Of a DNA stretch of 28,099 nucleotides, positions 9,761 through 16,601 are shown in pieces. The stretch is from a bacterium. GTDB lineage: Bacteria; Hinthialibacterota; Hinthialibacteria; Hinthialibacterales; Hinthialibacteraceae. The position numbers and the translations under genes are program-made. How positions within the stretch are numbered: the first letter of the stretch is position 1; every line of letters starts with the position of its first letter. The stretch is taken from assembly GCA_963663405.2 (NCBI GenBank), contig CAXXSM010000095.1, positions 1 through 28,099 of the forward strand, written 5' to 3'. The notes under the pieces were generated by a model. It saw only the letters and a program-made list of their open reading frames with translations. It did not search any database and was not told the origin of the DNA.

Positions 9761-10540
9761 ATGGAAAAATTTGCAAAGGGAGGACGCAAGATGTCTCAGC
9801 ATACAATCCAAATAAATTGGAAGCGGATCATCCTCGCTGTGCTTGCGTTGAGTCTATTCCAATCCCCCGCGTTATGGGCGGCGGAGTGGAATGTGCGAAG
9901 CGGCGGGTGGTGTCAGTTAGTCGAAATTCCTCTCCCCCCACTTTCCGTTGAATCCGGGGATTCCACGGGGGATGATGAGGGTGAATTCATTCCTTTGTTC
10001 AATGGAAAAAACTTGGATGGCTGGATCATCCAAGGATTGGAAAAAGCCGGTCCTAAAATCAAAGAAGAAGGCGTTCTTCCGTTGGCCGGTTGGGACTATT
10101 GGGCGCTGGTTACAAAGCAGGATTTCAAAAACTTCATCCTGTGTTTCGATTGCAAATTCGATAAAAAAGGGAACAGCGGAATTCTGATCCACACCGCGAA
10201 AAAAGAGATTTACAAAAGCGCGTTTGAAATCCAGTTGGAATCAGGCGACGATCCAAAAATCATAAAACCGGAGCACAAAAGCGGCGCGATTTATGATCAT
10301 GTGGCGCCCCTTAGTAATCCCGCGAAACCGATCGGAGAATGGAATTCGGTCGAAATTAAATACGTTGAACCACTGTTAACCGTGATCATCAACGGGGTGG
10401 TTGTACAAGATAAAGTCGATCTCTCAAAAATCCCGGGATTAAAGCACAAATACAAAAAAGGGAGCGTCTCGATACAACGCAACGATTACAAAAAGGCTGT
10501 CTATTTTAGAAATATTCGTATACGCCGGCTGCCGGATTAA
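9761..10540 (+). CDS. DUF1080 (3-keto-disaccharide hydrolase-like) secreted protein, paralog 1
   Basis: LFNGKNLDGW, GNSGI, FEIQL, SGAIY, GEWN, FRNIRI; signal peptide; start may be ATG 9791. Confidence 0.85.
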   Translation: MEKFAKGGRKMSQHTIQINWKRIILAVLALSLFQSPALWAAEWNVRSGGWCQLVEIPLPPLSVESGDSTGDDEGEFIPLFNGKNLDGWIIQGLEKAGPKIKEEGVLPLAGWDYWALVTKQDFKNFILCFDCKFDKKGNSGILIHTAKKEIYKSAFEIQLESGDDPKIIKPEHKSGAIYDHVAPLSNPAKPIGEWNSVEIKYVEPLLTVIINGVVVQDKVDLSKIPGLKHKYKKGSVSIQRNDYKKAVYFRNIRIRRLPD

Positions 10541-10653
10541 TCCAAAGTCTCCGCTTCACGGTCCTTGAAAAAAATGACCAGCGAGTAAACATACTCTCTT
10601 TAAGGATTTTTTTCCGAAAGAGTGTACCGTTTAACATATACAAATCGTGTTTT

Positions 10654-10738
10654 GAGAAAACAACCTGCAAATGAAAATGAGTTGCGGGAGCTAATTCGAA
10701 CGAGAAAGCCTTAGGAACTCATTTTCATATAAATAAGG
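10654..10738. repeat. Intergenic inverted-repeat element, copy A
   Basis: Arms ATGAAAATGAGTT (10671-10683) and AACTCATTTTCAT (10716-10728), 32-nt spacer; homologous to copies B and C. Confidence 0.85.
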
Positions 10739-10785
10739 CGTTGGATTGTTTCACGCCACAACTAGACCAATCGATGGAGGTAACT

Positions 10786-11442
10786 ATGTTTTACCGTGTA
10801 AGAAATGTGTCCGTATTATGTCTGATTCTAATGACAGCGCTTTCGATCGTTCTTCCCCTGGAAAGTGTCTCGGCTGAAAATGAGGAAGGTTTTGAATCGC
10901 TTTTCAATGGCAAGAATTTGGATGGCTGGATCATCCAAGGATTAGAAAAAGCCGGTCCCAAAATTAAAGAAGAAGGCATTCTTCCCATGGCTGGTTGGGA
11001 TTACTGGGCGTTGATTACAAAGAAAGATTTCAAAAACTTTATTCTTCGCTTTGACTGCAAATTCGATAAAAAAGGCAACAGTGGAATTCTGATTCATACC
11101 GCGAAAAAAGAGATTTACAAAGGCGCGTTTGAGATTCAGTTGGAATCGGGCGACGATCCAAAAATCAAAAATCCCGAACAGAAAAATGGGGCGATTTATG
11201 GCCATGTGCCGCCTCTCGAGAATCCAGCCAAACCGATCGGAGAATGGAATTCCGTCGAAATCAAATACGTCGAACCTAAACTGACCGTGATCATCAATGA
11301 CGTCGTGGTCCAGAACGAAGTCGACATTTCCAAGATCGAAGATTTGAAACACAAATATGACAAGGGAAGCATCGCGATTCAGCGCAACGATTACAAAAAA
11401 GCGGTCTATTTCAAGAATATCCGGGTGAAACCTCTTCCCTAA
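10786..11442 (+). CDS. DUF1080 secreted protein, paralog 2
   Basis: Same motifs as paralog 1; GGAGG at 10776-10780 before ATG 10786; signal peptide ending VSA-E. Confidence 0.85.
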   Translation: MFYRVRNVSVLCLILMTALSIVLPLESVSAENEEGFESLFNGKNLDGWIIQGLEKAGPKIKEEGILPMAGWDYWALITKKDFKNFILRFDCKFDKKGNSGILIHTAKKEIYKGAFEIQLESGDDPKIKNPEQKNGAIYGHVPPLENPAKPIGEWNSVEIKYVEPKLTVIINDVVVQNEVDISKIEDLKHKYDKGSIAIQRNDYKKAVYFKNIRVKPLP

Positions 11443-11590
11443 ACTTCCTGGATCGCCATATGACTCTGGAATGATAAGTACGATAGGCCTCTTGGACGTT
11501 TCCGCGTCTAGGAGGTCTATTTCTTGCGTGTACTATGGGAATTCCATGTTTCATAATCTCTCTCATTGATTGTGTGAAAAGAATTAAATC

Positions 11591-11682
11591 ATCACGATCG
11601 AGATCACAACGTGCAAATGAAAATGAGTTGCGGGTGAAATCTAGAACGAGTAAGTCTCTGAAACTCATTTTCATATATAAGG
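11591..11682. repeat. Intergenic inverted-repeat element, copy B
   Basis: Arms 11617-11629 and 11662-11674, 32-nt spacer (21/32 identical to copy A by manual count); 5' part 37/38 identical to copy C. Confidence 0.85.
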
Positions 11683-11691
11683 GTACTGATA

Positions 11692-12357
11692 GTGGCAAGA
11701 AACAATCTACATGCGTTACTCTGGTCAGAATGGACCGAACCGAAAACTGTTTATCCAAATGGAATTCATGGGAAAATCGCTGAATTTCTTTCGGAACAAG
11801 GATTTACTACAACACTCGCTGATATGCAGGAGAAAGAGCAGGGATTGGATGAAAAACGGCTCCAAAAAGCCGATGTCCTTTTCTGGTTCGGCCATAAAAA
11901 ACACGATGATGTGAAGGATGAATACGTTCACCGTGTAGTCTGGCATGTGACGGAAGAAGGGATGGGATTTATCCCTCTGCATTCCTCGCATCTCTGCCGT
12001 CCGTTCCGGAAATTGATGGGAACGGCTTGCACGTTTCCCACATGGCAGGAAACGGCGGGGGAAGAGCGCATTGAAGTCCTTGCGCCGGATCACCCCATCG
12101 CGGAAGGCGTTGAGGATTTTTCACTGCCGCAGACGGAAATGTATGGAGAACCCTTCGATGTTCCCGAACCGGGCTCCGTCGTGTTTCATTCCCGATGGAA
12201 AACGGGGGAAGAATTCCGGTCCGGCTGCTGTTGGACGTGTGGGAAAGGAAAGATTTTTTATTTCCGTCCGGGACACGAGACATATCCCATATTTATGAAT
12301 CGAACGGTCCAGCGGATTCTGACGAATGCGGCGCATTGGGCGGTTAAGGAGAAATGA
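11692..12357 (+). CDS. thuA: ThuA-family trehalose utilization protein
   Basis: LWSEW..VYPNGIHG.IA, DVLFWFGHKKH, GMGFIPLHSSH, EMYGEPFDVPEP, GEEFRSGC, FYFRPGHETYP. Confidence 0.85.
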   Translation: MARNNLHALLWSEWTEPKTVYPNGIHGKIAEFLSEQGFTTTLADMQEKEQGLDEKRLQKADVLFWFGHKKHDDVKDEYVHRVVWHVTEEGMGFIPLHSSHLCRPFRKLMGTACTFPTWQETAGEERIEVLAPDHPIAEGVEDFSLPQTEMYGEPFDVPEPGSVVFHSRWKTGEEFRSGCCWTCGKGKIFYFRPGHETYPIFMNRTVQRILTNAAHWAVKEK

Positions 12358-12393
12358 TTCGTTCGATATAATTCTGGCCGTATGACTAACTCC

Positions 12394-12421
12394 TTGACAG
12401 ATAGAAAAAAAAAGGTATTCT
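12394..12421 (+). promoter_or_regulatory. Putative sigma-70 promoter of the rpmH operon
   Basis: TTGACA (12394-99), 16-nt spacer containing an A9 run, TATTCT (12416-21). Confidence 0.55.
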
Positions 12422-12467
12422 ATTTTACTTGTTGTTTTTCAGTGTAAAATTGTGGAACATAAGAACT

Positions 12468-12550
12468 ATCACGATCGAGATCACAACCTGCAAATGAAAA
12501 TGAGTCATGATCTGGATTTTTAGAGGATGATTTATTAGGCTCATTTTTTA
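12468..12550. repeat. Intergenic inverted-repeat element, copy C (diverged spacer)
   Basis: ATCACGATCGAGATCACAACCTGCAAATGAAAATGAGTC, 31-nt spacer, right arm GGCTCATTTTTTA (12538-12550). Confidence 0.8.
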
Positions 12551-12581
12551 CCAATATTTGAATGAAATGTGAATAGAAAGA

Positions 12582-12734
12582 ATGAAACGAACCTATCAAC
12601 CAAGTAGAATTAAACGAGTTCGAACTCATGGTTTCCGCGCGCGTATGAAGACACGTGGTGGACGAGATATCATGAACCGGCGCCGCAGAAGAGGCCGGCG
12701 CGCTCTGACAGTGTCCGATTCCATGCAGAAATAA
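12582..12734 (+). CDS. rpmH: 50S ribosomal protein L34
   Basis: Manual translation [50 protein letters not shown] (50 aa; absent from the ORF track); upstream of rnpA. Confidence 0.98.
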   Translation: MKRTYQPSRIKRVRTHGFRARMKTRGGRDIMNRRRRRGRRALTVSDSMQK

Positions 12735-12771
12735 GATATTTTTCGAGGATTGTCTCGAAAGAAGATAAGAA

Positions 12772-13182
12772 TTGGATAACCGATTTCGCAAAATCGAACG
12801 GTTGCGGAAACGAGAGGAAATTCGAAACGTTCTCCGGAAGCGCAGACTGGATGGGACCTATCTGATTCTTCACGCTCTGCCTATAGAAGAGGCGGTGTCC
12901 CGTTTAGGAGTGATTGTCAGCCGCGCCGTCGGGAACGCAGTGACTCGGAACCGGGTGAAGAGGCGGCTTCGAGAGGTATTTCGGTGTATCAAGAATGATC
13001 TGAGTGGAAGGGTATCTATCGTCATCCGGGCAAAACCGAAAAGCCGTTCCGCCAGCTATTGGGATTTGGCGGAAGAGATTGAATTCCTCCTAAAGCGGCT
13101 GCGATTGCTGAAACGCGATGCGGCGGCGGAATCGGCGCAATGCCCAAACCCTTCCGGCGAAAAGCGCCAAGAGCGGGTTTAA
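12772..13182 (+). CDS. rnpA: Ribonuclease P protein component
   Basis: [25 protein letters not shown] (RNR motif); conserved synteny. Confidence 0.95.
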   Translation: MDNRFRKIERLRKREEIRNVLRKRRLDGTYLILHALPIEEAVSRLGVIVSRAVGNAVTRNRVKRRLREVFRCIKNDLSGRVSIVIRAKPKSRSASYWDLAEEIEFLLKRLRLLKRDAAAESAQCPNPSGEKRQERV

Positions 13183-13195
13183 AGTTCAGGACAGA

Positions 13196-13468
13196 ATGGT
13201 CAAGATTGGGCGCTCCCTCATCAACATGCCGGCGCGGTTTGTTGTTTTGTTGTTGAACGTGTTTCACCGGCGAGTATCACCCCTGTTGGGACCGCTTTGC
13301 CGTTTTCATCCTTCCTGTTCCGTTTATGCGATGGAAGTGATCACCTCCTTCGGCTTACTTAAAGGGGGCTGGTTTGCTATTAAACGCCTCGCAAAATGCA
13401 ACCCGTTTCATCCGGGCGGATATGATCCACCACCTCAACCACCCTCTTCCGCGCTGAAAAACCAGTAG
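13196..13468 (+). CDS. yidD: Membrane protein insertion efficiency factor
   Basis: [18 protein letters not shown]...GLLKG...[16 protein letters not shown]; ATG 13196 avoids overlap with rnpA (start uncertain). Confidence 0.92.
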   Translation: MVKIGRSLINMPARFVVLLLNVFHRRVSPLLGPLCRFHPSCSVYAMEVITSFGLLKGGWFAIKRLAKCNPFHPGGYDPPPQPPSSALKNQ

Positions 13469-13562
13469 TGGGCTGAACCGTTCTTTTTCAGGGAACCAAT
13501 AAGGCCGAATTGCTGAAATCGATTATTCAATCGATATACTTTCATCCTGGTAATGGAACAAA

Positions 13563-15458
13563 ATGGAAACAGAAAAACGATTGGCTTTATGTTTCGCGTT
13601 GTCGATGCTTATCATCGTCGCGTTCAGCTGGTACAACGCGAAAATGCATCCTCCCCTCCCGCCGGATCAGACAACCGATGAAATCACGGACACAAACACC
13701 CCCGGAGGCGCCCAAACACCGCTTCCTTCTCAGGAAGACCAGCCGGAATCAGAGAAAAGTGTTGCAGCGCCTGTGGTCACTCAAAGTGAGTGGAACTGGA
13801 TCCCCGGCACACCGCCGGAAACGGATCCCGGCGCCGTGGTTATAGAAAGCGATCTCTATCAAGTCACTATTTCCAAAGCGGGCGCGATTCCCACCTCTTG
13901 GCTTCTTCTCCACTATGATGAACTCTATGAGGATCCTCGAAAACTCAACCTTCAAGTCAGTAATGGAACTCCCGCGGAACAGGAAAAAGCCCAATTGGAA
14001 TTAGACCGGCTCCAAAGCGTTCCGGAAGATGGAACCCGCCCGATGGAATCCGTCAATCCTACCTATGAGAAGGGGGAAGCCGGTTTGATTCTGAGATGGG
14101 GCTCAAATCGTTCTGACCGGTATATTCCCTATCAATGCGGCGTGGATAGAATCACCGTTCAGCAATCAACGCCGATCCGGTTTGTCTATACAAACGCGGG
14201 TGTCACGATGGAAAAAATTTACACATTCCATCCGGACCGGTACGATGTTGACCTGGAAGTAAAAATATCGAATCAATCCGGACAGCCACTCTCTTTCAGT
14301 AAAGACGGATTTTATGACATCAACTGGATGGGCGGATTTGGGTTCGCCTCAGAACGTTACGACGCGCAAAACAACGCGCTTCTACAACTGGATGGAAGCA
14401 CCTCGATTCTCACGACCGACATGGTGAAGAAAGAGTTTTCGTCCAGCGAAACGCGGCCGCTCCAGAGTTATGAGGAGCCCACCCTGATGACAACGGGGAA
14501 AACCGTCAACTGGATCGGGGTCGGACAAAAGTATTTTTTAGCCGCTATTGTTCCAAAAACACAAACAAACGACTCGTTGAAGGGGGTCTCCAGCCCAGGC
14601 AATGGATTGTCGGACCTGCTTAGACCCCACACCGGTATACGGATGCCGATGCGCGCCGAAATTATCAACAATGCGAATCAATCCGATAAATTCACGATTT
14701 ATGTAGGGCCGATGCAAGAAGATCAATTGGTCCAAGCGTCCCCCTCTCTGGTAGAAGCGAGGAAGATCTTCCTGCGCCGGTTTACCGGCCCCATCGCTGG
14801 ATTGATGTTGAGCCTGCTCCAAGGATTTCACTACATCGTTCCAAACTATGGAGTTTCGATCATCCTGCTGACGTTGTTGTTGAAAATCATCATGTTGCCC
14901 TTGTACACAAAGCAAGTGCAATCGATGCGGAAAATGCAGGCGCTCCAACCCCAGATCAATGCGTTGAAAGAACAGTATAAAGACGATGCGCAAAAACTGC
15001 AAAAGGAACAGATGGAGCTGTTTCGAAAGAATAAAGTCAATCCGCTGGCCGGTTGTTTGACCATGTTGCCGACGATCCCACTGTTCATCGCTCTCTATGC
15101 GACATTCAGTATGGCGGTGGAATTGCGGGGATCGGAATTTTTTGGTTGGATACAGGATTTATCGACTCCGGACAGCGCGTTTTATATTCCGATCGGCAGT
15201 TATATCTTCACGGTGAATATCCTGCCGCTCACCTACGCGGCGCTGATGCTGTGGAGTTCCAGCCAACAAAAGGTGGAAGGCCCTAACGCCGCGATGATGA
15301 AATATATGCCCTTGATGTTTGTCTTCTTTTTCTGGTCGTTCGCATCAGGGGTCATTCTCTATTTTGTAATCAGTATGTTCATTGATGTGATTCAGCGATT
15401 ATTGATGGAGAAATTCAATCCTTCCGAGCCGCCGCTAGCAAGCGCGAAAAAAACATGA
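13563..15458 (+). CDS. yidC: Membrane protein insertase YidC
   Basis: N-terminal TM, large periplasmic domain, NYGVSIILLT..K, SMRKMQALQP, NPLAGCL, FFGWIQDLSTPD. Confidence 0.97.
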   Translation: METEKRLALCFALSMLIIVAFSWYNAKMHPPLPPDQTTDEITDTNTPGGAQTPLPSQEDQPESEKSVAAPVVTQSEWNWIPGTPPETDPGAVVIESDLYQVTISKAGAIPTSWLLLHYDELYEDPRKLNLQVSNGTPAEQEKAQLELDRLQSVPEDGTRPMESVNPTYEKGEAGLILRWGSNRSDRYIPYQCGVDRITVQQSTPIRFVYTNAGVTMEKIYTFHPDRYDVDLEVKISNQSGQPLSFSKDGFYDINWMGGFGFASERYDAQNNALLQLDGSTSILTTDMVKKEFSSSETRPLQSYEEPTLMTTGKTVNWIGVGQKYFLAAIVPKTQTNDSLKGVSSPGNGLSDLLRPHTGIRMPMRAEIINNANQSDKFTIYVGPMQEDQLVQASPSLVEARKIFLRRFTGPIAGLMLSLLQGFHYIVPNYGVSIILLTLLLKIIMLPLYTKQVQSMRKMQALQPQINALKEQYKDDAQKLQKEQMELFRKNKVNPLAGCLTMLPTIPLFIALYATFSMAVELRGSEFFGWIQDLSTPDSAFYIPIGSYIFTVNILPLTYAALMLWSSSQQKVEGPNAAMMKYMPLMFVFFFWSFASGVILYFVISMFIDVIQRLLMEKFNPSEPPLASAKKT

Positions 15459-15546
15459 ACCACCGGCAAGACGGGGAACATTAAAATGAACCACCGGCGT
15501 CAGCGGCTCAACGTCCGGTACGGACATAAAAGATGGAGGAGACATA

Positions 15547-16302
15547 ATGAAAGCAGCAATTGGAATTGGCGCTTCTCTTGATGACGCGACACAAGACGCG
15601 TTGAATCAACTTTACGCCACACGGGACGAAGTCGAAATCCAACCGATCGATGCGGGATCGAAAGGATTTCTCGGATTTGGCAGAAAAAAAGCGAAAGTGG
15701 AGGCGATACTCCGGCCCGATGAAAAAATTCGCGCGACGGTTTTTATGCGGACGATCCTCACTCATATGAAAATCGACACCAAGCTTGAAGTGACTGAGAA
15801 TGGGGAGTCTATCAATATCACTCTCGGTGAAGAAGCCTCGCCCCTCATTGGTCATCATGGGCAGACATTGGACGCTATGCAGTATCTCATCGCCCGGTAC
15901 CTGAATGAAGATAAAGATGAATGGCGCAAAGTCTCAATCGATATTGATAATTACCGGGATCGCCGGGAGGATAATTTACGGAATTTGGCGACGCGTTTGG
16001 CGGAACAGGCCCTCAGAACAAAACGTAATATCCGCACAGAACCCCTCTCCGCGCCCGAACGGAGAATTATCCATTTAGCGCTGAAAGAAAATAACGCCGT
16101 TACAACCTTCAGTATCGGTAATGGAGATCGCAAACGGGTCGTGATCGCTTCCACGAGTAAATACAACGGCTCACCCCGCCGTGGACAACGGCCCCAACGG
16201 CCTCGCCGTGGAGGAAATAGCGGCCGCCGGGGTGGGGGGAGTGGACACCCTAGCTCTCGCAGACGGCCACCACGCGAGCATTCCGATTCGCGCCGGGATT
16301 GA
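15547..16302 (+). CDS. jag: Jag/KhpB/EloR RNA-binding protein (Jag_N, KH, R3H) with R/G-rich tail
   Basis: KGFLGFG, LIGHHGQTLDAMQYL, ERRIIH; RBS GGAGG; follows yidC. Confidence 0.93.
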   Translation: MKAAIGIGASLDDATQDALNQLYATRDEVEIQPIDAGSKGFLGFGRKKAKVEAILRPDEKIRATVFMRTILTHMKIDTKLEVTENGESINITLGEEASPLIGHHGQTLDAMQYLIARYLNEDKDEWRKVSIDIDNYRDRREDNLRNLATRLAEQALRTKRNIRTEPLSAPERRIIHLALKENNAVTTFSIGNGDRKRVVIASTSKYNGSPRRGQRPQRPRRGGNSGRRGGGSGHPSSRRRPPREHSDSRRD

Positions 16303-16601
16303 ACCGTATTCTATAAATTCCTGATTCTATACGAATCTTTTCCTATATCATCCTGCCCCATACGTGTTTGAAACATGTTATGCCGCCGATTCAATGCTTA
16401 TATCCAGCTTCTCATAGAGAATCCCCGCTTGGATTTCGCTCTTCCCTTATATTGCTGATCTCTTGTACTCATGATAAACTATGAGAATCTCTTGTTCTAT
16501 GTTAGAGCGATCAGTACTACTCGGTTATCCATGTCTTATGAAGGATTGGGGGGCGGTTTGGTCGTTATTTAAGTGCGATTCTAGAATGTGAAGGCGTCGT
16601 C

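Noticed and set aside
11411-11783. Overlapping ORFs 11411-11758 (-) and 11535-11783 (+)
   Set aside because: They cross repeat copy B and overlap thuA; no recognisable protein features
12405-12413. A9 tract in the rpmH promoter spacer as a phase-variation switch
   Set aside because: Unlikely for an essential operon, and no evidence of length variation from a single sequence
10654-12550. Triple repeat as a CRISPR array or integron attC array
   Set aside because: Units are separated by whole genes (~0.9 kb); no cas or integrase gene is in the window; no consistent RYYYAAC...GTTRRRY ends; elements lie upstream of genes including essential rpmH
12358-12581. oriC upstream of rpmH
   Set aside because: Only one mismatched DnaA-box-like 9-mer (about 12451-12459), no cluster and no dnaA
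12420-12791. 123-aa minus-strand ORF
   Set aside because: Antisense shadow of rpmH and its leader
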